The notes below the pieces were generated by a model that was given only the letters and a program-made list of their open reading frames with translations, had not been told where the DNA came from and searched no databases. A stretch of 63,759 nucleotides of DNA, counting the filler, from Nemertoderma westbladi (Eukaryota > Animalia > Xenacoelomorpha): assembly GCA_032718475.1 (NCBI GenBank). It is 3 parts of 3 records of this genome, joined end to end, with 100 filler letters (N's around TTAATTAATTAA, not from the genome) between each part and the next. Parts side by side here need not be neighbours in the genome. Positions count along the whole stretch, not along the records: positions 27,587 to 52,429 come from JAUCBJ010005645.1; positions 52,530 to 63,759 come from JAUCBJ010004404.1; 1 more part is not named here. One strand, given 5' to 3'. This document shows, piece by piece, positions 47,401 to 58,500 of this stretch. How positions within the stretch are numbered: the first letter of the stretch is position 1; each line of letters starts with the position of its first letter. The position numbers and the translations under genes were made by a program.

Positions 47401-49559
47401 AAAATATGTTTCTTTTCACCAAAGTTTGGGGAAGAAAATAGGTTGGTTGACATATAATCTCTTGTTATTCGCATTGTTACTATTATATTTGCTTTCAATC
47501 CATTGGAATATAATTATTAGAAATATATAATAACATGATGATAAACAACATTATAAAATAATATCTTTTGGGTTATGATGTTCACAATCATTGAGTTTTT
47601 GCTTGAGACTTTTGGTTCAGCCTACATAAAGTATGTTTGTAAGTTTGATAAAGAACCAGAAAATTCATCACTGAAGAACATGGATTCCAGCTACTGACTA
47701 GAAACTTTCGCAAAGAAACACTGCCTGTCCTTTAGCAATTATATACTTTGCAACAATTCACCAGTAATATTAACTCATAAAATATGTGATTTAGTCAGGA
47801 ATAAAATAAAAGAAAGTCTAAAGCAAAATTATTGTCGTCATAAAATTGAAAACGTTCCCATCCCCTTTGTGAGATTCAAACCCATCACCTCCATAGATTA
47901 TGTTAACCGTACCACCAGATGTTGCACCACCACACCACAGCTGTACCATAACTACAACTCACCATCTCTGCAACGGATCCTCACCGAGCATCATCTTCTC
48001 TTCGTTGTATTGAACTCTCTCCGACTCGTTCCCTTTCCTCCCTTTGCTGTCGTACTTCGGGTCGTAGCTACCCCGCCGATCTTCCGGCCTTCCCGATCCC
48101 AACCTGTCATCCCAACTGCGTCGTCGTTGTTCCTCCATTGATGTCGCTAATAAAAATGAATTTACTACAATGTATATTAAATTATCACGAAAACAAATTG
48201 ATATTGCCGGTTAGTATGATTAAGATTGAGTTAGGTATATATGTTACAATTTACCCTCAATGAAAGCGATTAAAATAAATTTGAGAAGGAATTCAAATAC
48301 CCAAACATTCTCGTGCTTTATTACTTTACTACATAACGGGTGTCAACGTGTCAAGGTTAAACTATTGTCTGTCCCTGGGGTGGTCTATAATCCAGTGATG
48401 TCAGATTTGTATTTTATCTTTTATTTAGTACTTTTTGTGTAGAAATAGTCTATTAACCTCTTCAATACATTTTTACATTAACTTTCAATTTATTGTTTTA
48501 TTTATACGTTTTATACGTTTTATTGTATTTAATTTAAACGAGTCAAGTAAAAGCGTTTTGTTCTGTCTGATAATAAATTAGTGTGAGGGTAGTCCCGATG
48601 GTGTACGAGAAATTTTCTTGACAACTTCAAACTATAATTATTATGTTGTAATCATCTAATGAATTATAAAAGCTGTGAAATCTAATTCCATGATTCATGC
48701 AAAATTTCATCAAAATCGTTAGCGCCGTTTTTGCTCTAGGTCAGTAGCCAGTAGCCAGTAGCCAGTAGCCAGTATTCAGTAGTCAGTAGTCAGTAGCCAG
48801 TAGCCAGTAGCCAGTAGTCAGTAGCCAGTAGTCAGTAGCTTTTTTTCTTACAGCAATCAAGTCTAACGACTTGCTAATTACATAATGAATTATGTAATAT
48901 AAATTTGATATTTATAAATAATATTTCCACCTCACCTGTTGGCACAGCTAGCAGACTGATCATGTTAGCTTTGGATCTGCTAGAATTGCTTCCAGATATC
49001 TTCTGTTTACCATAGATTTTATCGGAATGTGTTTCAGCGCCACACGTCGCCTCCCTGAGACTGCTCCAATGGTCTTTGGGGGACTCCTCTTTAATTATAG
49101 GAATTACTCTTCTGTAACATAAAAATACAAATATTTATTTAAGGTATAATCCGCTTCTAAATTATAATATTCTACCAGTATGTAAACTGAATAAGTTTAA
49201 TGAATTAATAAATCTCGCAGTTACTGTCTTTGGAAAGTATACTTGAGCATAGTGAACCATTATTTTCTTTATTAATTAAGTTATTATCCACTAACGATGA
49301 TTGCCCATAATTCTCCAACTCCACTCGAGTGTTACTGCTTTCTGTCTGAGAGTCACACAACCTACTCCCGCCTCGAGACACCTTTCTAGTGGTCCCTCTT
49401 TCGGAGTCTATGTAGGATTCCATCTGGGCGTCGCTCGAATGTTGTGGTCGAGTAGCCCTTCTGGCTCTCTCAGCGTCCACATCGTGTCCGTAAGACGCTT
49501 CACTCGATCTACTGCGAGGGTGGAGTTCCATTCTGGGGTTGTTTCCTTGGTTACCACTC
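32431..49559 (-). CDS. Multi-exon host gene, largely low-complexity Ser/Gly/Arg/His-rich protein of unknown identity; partial at both ends
   Basis: GC-richer open blocks with GT/AG borders at ~49362-49559, ~49011-49111, 47985-48146, 43217-43787, 40146-40788, 39449-39866, 35367-35515, 32728-~32850 and 32431-32568. Phase is consistent at 47985>43787 and 32728>32568 (..IRVQK|DLWDLRATFEEQ); not all junctions are resolved. Confidence 0.65.
33071..34935 (+). mobile_element. tRNA-derived SINE with CORE/Meta-like central domain, split by the piggyBac-type insertion
   Basis: A box (GTGTCCGAGTGG) and B box (GGTTCAAATCC). GTCTCCTTAA|GGAAGACACTT and CCAACCCAGCGGTATAATGGGAACC resemble conserved SINE central domains. 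The halves rejoin at the TTAA. Confidence 0.7.
33198..34768. mobile_element. Non-autonomous piggyBac-type DNA transposon (1571 bp), copy 2, opposite orientation to copy 1
   Basis: TTAA at 33194-33197 and 34769-34772; reverse complement of 24030-25583 with scattered substitutions. Confidence 0.92.
35025..35360. repeat. 23-bp minisatellite (ATTGTAGGCCAACAGCCCACCCC), ~14 copies, next to a splice donor
   Basis: Period 23 (35071, 35094, ...). Lies beside the minus-strand donor GTGAGT at 35361-35366. Confidence 0.95.
36151..36267 (+). mobile_element. tRNA-derived SINE head (second family)
   Basis: A box TAGCAGAATGG and B box GTTCGATCC; no proper acceptor stem. The same 3' continuation occurs at 1634-1683. 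Confidence 0.65.
36745..36997. repeat. 41-bp tandem repeat, 6 identical copies, each with a 25-bp near-palindrome
   Basis: Unit GGTTTAAATGAATCCCTTGATCAACGGGATTCAATACAACA at 36745, 36786, 36827, 36868, 36909 and 36950. Confidence 0.97.
37486..38401. mobile_element. Non-autonomous DNA transposon with ~75-bp imperfect TIRs (TAGGG termini) and an internal 9-bp satellite
   Basis: TAGGGTT..GTTGGGCTGGAAACAAATGAATAAGGGG..CCTGAATCGAG is mirrored at 38325-38401. No TSD resolved. Confidence 0.75.
37650..37970. repeat. (GGTAGGATC)n 9-bp perfect tandem repeat, ~35 copies
   Basis: Directly visible. Confidence 0.99.
42574..42749. mobile_element. Short MITE of the same TIR family as 37486-38401
   Basis: TAGGGTTGGTGC..GCACCAACCCTA termini; CACACCCCGCCACTCGATTCAGGGCA shared with 38313-38338. 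Confidence 0.75.
42750..43065 (-). mobile_element. 3' fragment of RTE-clade LINE family B
   Basis: Minus translation RLGFAGHCFR..VVLWQPHG..GGQPMTFLRRILKYTGLEDADDLANVM..RELWR, typical of an RTE ORF C-terminus. Confidence 0.8.
43440..43710 (-). repeat. Exonic 27-bp tandem repeat encoding (GGTPPRGT/A)-type 9-mers, ~10 copies
   Basis: Seen in the DNA and in ORF 43157-43846, inside exon 43217-43787. Confidence 0.9.
43962..46980 (-). mobile_element. Near full-length RTE-clade LINE family A with 5' UTR; frameshifted, with a deletion removing the RT catalytic core
   Basis: 17-bp TSD ATAAAAGATAGTTATAC at 43945-43961 and 46981-46997; (TAG)n tail; EN and RT motifs as in 14280-16778. The GVLQGD..FADD segment is deleted at ~44385. 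Confidence 0.95.
48530..48878 (+). mobile_element. Non-autonomous Helitron/Helentron (DINE-1/Lep1-like) element with internal (CAGTAGY)n repeat
   Basis: AAATTTCATCAAAATCG core, a 7-bp repeat at 48742-48838, then 3' hairpin CAAGTC-TAAC-GACTTG followed by CTAA. The 5' boundary is approximate. Confidence 0.55.
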
Positions 49560-49769
49560 CTAAGAAATAATTAATAATTGCTACTTAGGGAATGCCAATT
49601 ATAAACGGTAATCATCTGAGGGTTCCTCTACCTTGTCTGTTACCTGTAAGACAGGGTAGGCGCCACACTTACTCCCAAAGGTGAACACTTTGTACCCACT
49701 TTCTTGATCCCCCCCCCCCCCCCTCCGCTGCGCTGACGGCGATCTCATCTGTAACTAGGGATACCGGTA

Positions 49770-49995
49770 CCCTTACTCCTGCCGAACTCCAGACGGGAAT
49801 TAAAAAGAATGTACAATACTAAAGCAAGTGCCTAAAAGGAAATCCCTGTTATGGAAAACAGGAGCTCTGAACAGACCATCATTGGATGTTTGCAACCGGA
49901 TACTGAAAAGGGAAAAGCCACCACCAATGTGGACTAAAAGTCAACTAAATCCACTCCCAAAGATAGGAGACTTCGGTATACTATACCAACAAACT
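49770..49995 (+). mobile_element. Old RTE family A RT fragment
   Basis: WKTGALNRPSLDVCNRILKREKPPPMWTKSQLNPLPK matches ORFs 15389-15676 and 44690-45337. Confidence 0.8.
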
Positions 49996-50957
49996 ATATA
50001 CAGGTACGGTACCCTCCAAAATATAGTGTACTGGATCGCCAAATGTAAGATAAATTCAATAACAACCATCATGCATCCAGGTGAGAAAAAGATTTGTTTA
50101 AAATTTAGTTTTTTCATACATATTAAATTTAGTTGCATTAATCTTTCGCTAAATTAAAATTACGTTCTTCGCATAATAACACTGCCTTTAGTTGTGGGTA
50201 ACGATAGCAGATTAATAGCAGATGCATAATTTTATTTAGTTGTCGACAATGAAATGTAGGCCTACAATAAACAGGCACAACGTGAATTATTTTAGTAATA
50301 AGCAAACATACTGATACCAACAAGTACTGATGGATTAATACATTATATTACACATGCAGCATGTTATCAATTATGGGAGGATACCAGCTTCATTACTGGT
50401 TAATCAGGCTGAATTAATGCCGAGTTGGTTGCGGAAATTGGATGTCTCGACTATCTCATAAATTATAAAGCCTCATAAAGTTGCTTTATAATTCCCAATA
50501 CTAATACATACATATAATCCCGCTGCTAAAGCTGCAGACATCACGTTCTACGGGCTGACGGGAATATTATAATATTTCAAATTTCGAACAAAATATTTTA
50601 TTTCTCTCGGTATCTTGAATTAATTGATTTTCTTAGACAGAATTCCCTAAGTCGGAACCCATGCGGTGCCATAGAACACCCGACCCCAAGGAAATAATGT
50701 CACGTCCTTGACAGGAAATCATTGTCGGTAATTTCCATCCGAACCCAATGGAACCCAACGGATCAGCCATTGGGCTCCATCAGCCATCAGCTTTAAAGAA
50801 ACCATTAAATATATTGTGTGGGAGTTGGTGGGCGGAATAATAGATACAACATGGATGAACAAAAATGCTTAATCATCCTGAATTATTCACAGCTTAATTT
50901 AATTATTCGTTTTGCACTACAGTGTTACTTTATAATTGTAATCACTCTATTCATACC

Positions 50958-51138
50958 ACTACTATCCTATCGGCATGCAGCATTGCAGCTGCATTATATA
51001 TATTAAGAATGCTGTGACGGATTGTCAAAAAATTGCGCCGCCACAACTCCCTATCACCCTTGATATTTGCTAGATCATCCGCATCTTTAAGGCCTGTGTC
51101 CTTAAAGATACGTCTCAAGAAAGTCAAGGGCTGTCCAC
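50958..51138 (-). mobile_element. 3' fragment of RTE family B
   Basis: Similar to 42750-42911. Confidence 0.8.
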
Positions 51139-51515
51139 GGTGATGGTATTGGTGACGGTGATGCTGATGGTAATGGTGACTGTGGTGGTAATGGTGACGT
51201 TGATGGTAATGGTAACTGTGATGGTAATGGTGATGCTGATTGTGATAGTAATGGTGAAGTTGATGATAATGGTGACTGTGAGGGTAATGGTGACTGACTG
51301 TGATGGTAATGGTGACGGTGATGGTAATGGTGACGGTGATGGTAATGGTGACGTTGATGGTAAGGGTGACTGTGATGGTACTGGTGACTGTGATGGTAAT
51401 GGTGACGGTGATGGTAATGGTGACTGTGATGGTAATGGTGACTGTGATGGTAATGGTGACGGTGATGGTAATGGTGACGGTGATGCTGATGGTGACGGTG
51501 ATGGTAATGGTGACT
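51139..51515. repeat. Degenerate (GGTGAYGGTGATGGTAAT)n triplet-based satellite
   Basis: Directly visible, ~18-bp period. Confidence 0.9.
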
Positions 51516-52429
51516 ACTCTAATGAATAATTTCTTAATATTCTATATGAGAGTTATTATTAATAATTTACTTATTAATAATAAAATAAGCGCTAATTTAT
51601 TAATTATTGATGAGAATGATGGTGGGGAATCGCTCTTTTTAGGTATTTTAAACCAAGTAATGCCAGTTAAAGTGTCACCTCCATGGTTGTCTACATTCAA
51701 ATATGTTTAACAAGTTCAATTGGTAACCATTTATTGATCAGCCAACATTTTCAGTCAAGGATTTATAATTTCAAATAGGTCTGTCTCACCATCTCAAGTG
51801 GAAATGAAGGTTATAGATTCGTCATAAATTGATCGTATCGCTACATTGACTTTATCAGGGATCGTATCACAATAATTTTGAACATGCGCATGGTCTACAT
51901 TGCCATATGATAAAATTTGTAATTTATGGAAAACAATATTGGCTACCAGACAGGATTCACTCAATGGAATACATTGAATTTAATTATCTTATTAACGTTA
52001 TGAATTATTATGAATATCTTTTAACAAAATAGAAGATTTACATTCCGTATTATTTAATATTAAATGGCACTAAATTAACACAATGGGAAACATAATGGTG
52101 GGGGTTGGAATAGGATAACTATGTTGGTCTCCCTGTATCAACGGTAACGATTTATGTTATTAAGTAATATTTTAGACATATTTACTTGTAAAAAATTAAA
52201 ATACATATTATTATTCGTTACAATCCTAAACAGTGGCGATTATACATCTTAGAGAATACATCCACGCGCAGAGTGTCTTCGATGTGACGACAGTATGTAG
52301 GCCTACAGTATACAGTTACGAAAGATCAATCAATACTGAATGTTTCAACTAATGAACTTGCTACAGCTGCTCCACTCCCCTAATGGACCAACCAACCACC
52401 AACATAAAGAAATATATAAATAATTGTGT

Positions 52430-52529
52430 NNNNNNNNNNNNNNNNNNNNNNNNNNNNNNNNNNNNNNNNNNNNTTAATTAATTAANNNNNNNNNNNNNNN
52501 NNNNNNNNNNNNNNNNNNNNNNNNNNNNN
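52430..52529. other. Assembly spacer (N44-TTAATTAATTAA-N44)
   Basis: As at 27487. Confidence 0.99.
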
Positions 52530-53085
52530 GTAACATCCGTATGTAACATCCGCATGTAACATCCGCATGTAACATCCGCATGTAACATCCGCATGTAACA
52601 TCCGTATGTAACATCCGCATGTAACATCCGCATGTAACATCCGCATGTAACATCCGCATGTAACATTCGTATGTAACATCCGTATGTAACATCCGCATGT
52701 AACATCCGCATGTAACATCCGTATGTAACATCCGCATGTAACATCCGCATGTAACATCCGCATGTAACATCCGCATGTAACATTCGTATGTAACATCCGT
52801 ATGTAACATCCGCATATAACATCCGCATGCGGACATTCGTATGTAACATCCGTATGTAACATCCGCATGTAACATCCGCATGTAACATCCGCATGTAACA
52901 TCCGCATGTAACATCCGTATGTAACATCCGCATGTAACATCCGCATGTAACATCCGCATGTAACATCCGCATGTAACATTCGTATGTAACATCCGTATGT
53001 AACATCCGCATGTAACATCCGCATGTAACATCCGTATGTAACATCCGCATGTAACACCCTCATGTAACATCCGCATGCGGACATT
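52530..53085. repeat. 13-bp minisatellite (GTAACATCCGCAT), ~40 copies, running into the gap
   Basis: Period 13 with CGCAT, CGTAT and TTCGTAT variants. Confidence 0.97.
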
Positions 53086-54292
53086 CGCCACATCCCTAGA
53101 AGCCTCATTACATTTATCACACATTCCGAATCTCTACAAAATAAGATGTACACTATAAATAATTAAACATTTTAAGACGCGTGGATAATATTACTACTGC
53201 CGCCGTAAATGCTATTTATTTTATGAGCATTTTATTAATTATTTTAGAAACACTACGAAGTACAATTAATTAGTAATTACCTCAACATAACATAGAGAGA
53301 GCAGCAAGGCGTTACTTTACTTCCGACATAAAGGCTAGCGGCCGATCAAATATAAATACCCCTTCAAAATTCCAAGCTCATTGGATTTGTCCATATTGAA
53401 ATTTCTAAATTTTGAAAATCCACTGAGTTTAATACTTTATTTTCCGGTAAAAGGAAATAAAAGTTAAACAAATTGGATACGATGCGAAGATATTTTCCAG
53501 GAAGTCGAAGAATCGTGTGAAACACGCTATCTCGGTTAATATCCTCGTCTGTAACGGGAGGAACTAAAGAATGGCCACAATGTGGAATTGTTTACACTCG
53601 AGTTTCCAGAGGTTTGAGGCTTAAAAGATTCCACAAACTTTGTTAGCAGAGCAGCGAACTTTCAGCTTGTGGACTTATAAAAGTTCCAATGAGTGGAAAT
53701 TTAAAAGGTTCAGTAAACCAAAGATCTAGAAGATTATTATTAAATAAGATAAGATATTCTATAGACATCGGCTTAAAAGTAAAAAATAACTAATTAGGGA
53801 ACGTTAAATCCCGTTGTGTACTAAATTATTCAGTTGTTTAAACAAACAAACTATTTTACCATAGGAAATTAACTCAAACCCACATTCGAGGTCTCAAACC
53901 TACCCTAGATGTTGGTTACCTAGGATACCTACCTACACTAGATGTTGGTTACCTAGGATACCAACGCCAGATAAATAAACAAATAAACTCATTTGATGGA
54001 TATTAAAATAAGTATAAATCTAAGCAGAAAGTAAATTCTTATTGTAACGCGGAATAGGAATTAACGCAATTAATAAGTTGTACTTTATATGAAATTCACT
54101 TTGTTTTAATTTAAAAGAAATCAGTTTATAAGACGAGCCTCAAGTTTGTGGAAAAAAATATTAGAACATCCAGATTCAACCATTATATCAAATACAAAGA
54201 AGGATACCCGGTACAATTCATTGATCAAAAATCGTACGTTGATATTGAAATTAGATATTCTAAGAGGAAGCAGGTCTCGGACCCGGTAATTG

Positions 54293-55204
54293 ATGATAAT
54301 TCGGCCCCGGACAATTCGGTCCCGGACAATTCGGTCCCGGACAATTCGGTCCGGACAATTCGGTCCCGGACAATTCGGTCCGGACAATTCGGTCCGGAGA
54401 ATTCGGTCCCATTAATTTTGTGTTTTGGGACCGAATTGTCCGGGACCAAATTTAATTGGTACTACTGTACTATATAATGGTGAATGTTCTAGAACCTTGA
54501 TAGATATTATTATATGGTAGCTAGTGTTTTTTTTACTAGCTAGTATTTTTATGAAAATAAAAAATTTACTTTTTTCTGTTAACATTATTAGTTATGGTAG
54601 CTATGGCGTTTTTATGGAGCTTGTGAATTATTTACTAGCTAGTAATAGTATGTATTTATAATGTTTAAAACTGATTTTTTTTATATATTGCGTATGTACA
54701 GTATACTGTATGTGTTGTTGGTTGGTTAACAAGCCTAAATTATTATCTTAGATAATAGCTGGATCTCATTCAGGGACTGTTATAATATCATCAATATTGT
54801 GGGTAATTAATATAATCAGCAACAGTTTAGGCCTAATTCTGAAATACTGTATCAATGTTTTCACAAGTGTTTTTATAATTTCAAGGAAATGCTAGCTACA
54901 GTAGTAAAAAAAAACACTAGCTACACCTTAATAAATAATATATAATAATGTTCTCGAACACTACCAATAACAAAAATAACCATAAAAGCTACCATAAAAA
55001 AATATCTCTACTACAGTAATGTTCTAGAACATTCACCAATATAAAAAAAAGCACTAAAAAGCGGCTATCAGGAACCGGAGAATTCGGTCCCGGACAATTC
55101 GGTCCCGGAGAATTCGGTCCCGGACAATTCGGTCCCGGACAATTCGGTCCCATTTATTTAGTGTTGTGGGACCGAATTCTCCGGGACCGAATTGTCCTAC
55201 ATCC
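54293..55204. mobile_element. Non-autonomous DNA element with arrays of 15-16 bp GACAATTCGGTCCCG subrepeats at both ends and an AT-rich internal foldback
   Basis: Direct and inverted copies of GGACAATTCGGTCCC at 54298-54450 and 55076-55197. Inner inverted repeat TGGTGAATGTTCTAGAAC (54478) / GTTCTAGAACATTCACCA (55021). Confidence 0.7.
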
Positions 55205-56015
55205 ATTCTAAGAACATGAGGCTCGGCAAATTGTTACTGTATTCGTATAAACAAACAAAGTGTATTTATTATTTATTAACAACCAAATTATATTATTATT
55301 CTTGAAAGTTCGCCAAATTCCGTGTTCCGTTTGCTTTGAAATCCTAATAACCATATCTATAACTATTGAATGACTTAAGGCAATAAAATTGATTAATTAT
55401 TATTTTTCTGTATTTTCCCTGGCGATGTTTAATATTGTAAATAAATACGGGACACATACGGTGTCTTCCTGACCCTGTCTGCATGTTGATATGATGACTA
55501 CATGTAGCCAGTTGTACCATGATATGAGTATATGTAATATTCAGATAATGTATTGTATATATATACTCATATACAATGATAGATAATAGTAATATATACA
55601 CTGGATGTAGACTACTATCCCTTCGGACAACTGGTCTTGACCACTGGCCAGTCAGACTATTCTGGTGTTGTAGTTGCGAAATAAACGAAATCGCCGTGAG
55701 GGAACAATGAAAGTGAAACCATCTAAAACTAATAATCGGCACCGGTACCGGTACACAGTAGAAATAAAAAAAAACCTACGAGTCTTAACAAGAAACACAA
55801 GGTTGCGACAACGAGACAGTAACTTACGCTATATAATATATTAACAAGTCTGATAACGTCTGTTCGCCGAGTCCTTATATTGTGCGTCTAGGAAGGAAAC
55901 CGCAACTCAGAAATAAAAACAAATCGAAAACACACGTAAACGTAACCGAGGGGGGGTCCGGGTATTGCAAAGAGTGGCAGCGCTACGGCTGTGGAGGGGG
56001 ACGGACGACGAGGGA

Positions 56016-57119
56016 TCACGAACTCGCACACCCACAATGAAACGAGGCGGACTCCTCCCGAACTACCGTAAAGTTACACCCGACGCACTCCACGTGGTAC
56101 CACTTGTCGCAGTCGTCGCACTGAACCCACTCCACCGTGTCCCCGGTCGGCTGGAAGCAGTCGTACGACGCGCAACTCTCGTATTCCGCCCCCAGCAGCA
56201 ACTCCACCCCCTTCTTCCGACCTTCCGACTTCCCACCAACTGGACCCCCTGGTTTCCGGGCTTCCGGTTTCCGTTCTACCTTCCGATCCTCCGGACTCGA
56301 GGCCTTCCCCGGGGGTTTCCTCCCGCGCTCCGACGGTTTCCCTTCCGACTTGGCCTTCCGGCCGGAGGTCGGAACCGGCGGCGGCTCGACGTAGCCGGAG
56401 GACTCGGATCGCCGCCGCGTCTTGGAGGCCATCGCGTTCTTTGCGGAGGCGGCGAGGGCGGCCTTCCGGGCGGGGACCACGGCCGGAATCAGCTTCCCGG
56501 AGGAACCGGAATCGCTATCCCCGGAGGAATCATCCCGTTTCTTCCCGCCTTTAGGGCTGAATTTATTCGATGTTTTAATCTTCTTGTTGGAGTTGACCAC
56601 GGGTTGCTGTTTCCGTCGCTTTCGATCCGGGCTGAACGACGACCTTTTGGAGTCGACGCTTTTCGAGCGAAACTCGTCGGCCTGAGTTTTTGATTGTCCG
56701 TTGTATGAGCGCGACGGGTGAACGCAAACGAACTCGAATCGGAACTCCGACTCAGATTGGTGCGCGATCGTACCCTCCTTTATGTTGAACCCGTTGACGT
56801 GGCCGAACGTGATAGAGTCGCCGACATGGAGTTCTTCTTGTCCGGATATTTTGCGGTCGTTCAGGAATGTTCCGTTGAGACTCGTGTCCAGCAGGAGGAA
56901 GCGACACTCGTTACTGTCGTGGATGCACTCGATCTCGGCGTGGTGCCGCGATATCAGCCGTTTGCTCAGCGACGAGTTTAGGTAGAAGTCCACCTCGTCC
57001 AGCTGTCGGCCAATCAGAGTTCGAGGTGACGTCAACCTGAAGCAGTCCTTGACCCCCTTACAGGTCGCTTGGTTTCCGGTCCGCCGGAGCTGGTAGATAG
57101 GTCCATCTCGGGTATCCAT
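56016..57119 (-). CDS. TCF19: TCF19-like protein (N-terminal FHA, basic linker, C-terminal PHD-type finger), 367 aa, single coding exon
   Basis: FHA motifs IGR, ISRHHAEI, DTSLNGTFLN, GDSITFGH, then the TCF19-typical Q..SEFRFEF. PHD: CASYDC..WVQCDDCDKWYHVECVG..FHCGC. First ATG at 57119 (in-frame TGA upstream); acceptor-like AAACAG at ~57150 suggests a 5'-UTR intron. Confidence 0.85.
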   Translation of the reverse strand: MDTRDGPIYQLRRTGNQATCKGVKDCFRLTSPRTLIGRQLDEVDFYLNSSLSKRLISRHHAEIECIHDSNECRFLLLDTSLNGTFLNDRKISGQEELHVGDSITFGHVNGFNIKEGTIAHQSESEFRFEFVCVHPSRSYNGQSKTQADEFRSKSVDSKRSSFSPDRKRRKQQPVVNSNKKIKTSNKFSPKGGKKRDDSSGDSDSGSSGKLIPAVVPARKAALAASAKNAMASKTRRRSESSGYVEPPPVPTSGRKAKSEGKPSERGRKPPGKASSPEDRKVERKPEARKPGGPVGGKSEGRKKGVELLLGAEYESCASYDCFQPTGDTVEWVQCDDCDKWYHVECVGCNFTVVREESASFHCGCASS

Positions 57120-58425
57120 AGCGACGGATTCATCCAATCAGCTACGAGTCTGTTTATTTCGGGTTAATCGTTCAACAGATGCGGAAATAATGAGAATATA
57201 TTAACTTTATAACTGGTGACTTCTAGCTGTGTGAGTAGAGTATATAAATATACCCTTCCAATACAATCCAATCGTAGGAACAACAGAGGGATGTAAATAA
57301 CGGCTACCGGTAACGGGTATAGAAATATTATACTAACAAATCAAACAATCAAAACTTTGGGTTTTGTTGATATAATAAGTTTAAATCACAATAAACATGG
57401 GAAACTAAATGAGCTTACGAAGCAAAGTATAAAGGTAAAATACGTTAACTGTAAAGTAATTTTAATACATAATAAGACAGTGCTACGTAGGGCAGTAGCA
57501 GTAGGGGCTAATGTGTAATGATTAGGCCTACCGGCTGACCGCATCGGTATAAATGTAAATTACAACTATTAATAGATAATACCATAGGGGCCTAATACAG
57601 GGTACTAGTGTGTTTTTTTAGTGCACACCACCCCCCCCCCCCCCCCCCACCCAAATTTTTTATACTAGCTAGTTTTTGTTGCTTTTTTTTTAATGTTCTA
57701 GAACATATTGTCTATTCATTTTTTTATTAATTTTGTTCTAGAACAAATAATTGTTGTTTTAGAACAAAATTAATTAATTAGGTACGGTATTTTTGAAGTT
57801 ATCAAAGCTAGTTTTTCTTACTTTTTTTATATGTTCTAGAACACATCGGTCTATTTAATTTTGTATCGTTTTATTTACCGAGCTTAATAAAGGGTCGAGA
57901 AAATATTGAAACAAAATATATTTTTTGGCAAGGTAGGCCTACCGGTACCGGTAATACTTAGGCCTAATTTATTCTGAAATTGGTACTTTTTTGTTGCTCA
58001 ATTCTTTAATAAAAGATAAGAGCGATATATGATATGATATAGTAGTGTTACAAAATAAATTGAACTGCAGTATTTTACTGTGTAGTTACTGCGATGTTAA
58101 ACTTACTCAATGTTAAATAATTACGTAACTACAGGTAGAGAGCCGCTTAACAACATAAACTAATTGGATATTGAGTTCCGTTTTGGAGTACCGGTACCGG
58201 TACGCCACACAGACACTAAATTTGCAATAACTCGAGTATGTGCATGGATTGTGTTCAAATTACGACCAAACATATTCCACGTCGATGCTCTTTAATACAT
58301 GTACCGGTAATAAAATTTAAGAAATTCTACCAAAAATATTTTATATTACTTTTTTCGCCAGGGAAAAGTAAAATCAATGCAATCCTATGGCACTCTGGAT
58401 ATGGCTTTTTTTCCTGAGTTCACCG

Positions 58426-58500
58426 GTTAGAATCTAAGTTCACCTAGTTAGGATCTAAGTTCACCTAGTTAGGATCTAAGTTCACCCAGGTAGGATCTAC
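58426..58500. repeat. 21-bp tandem repeat (GTTAGGATCTAAGTTCACCTA), ~3.5 copies
   Basis: Directly visible. Confidence 0.85.

Noticed and set aside
55965-56985. Plus-strand ORFs overlapping the TCF19-like gene
   Set aside because: Antisense shadows of a GC-rich CDS.
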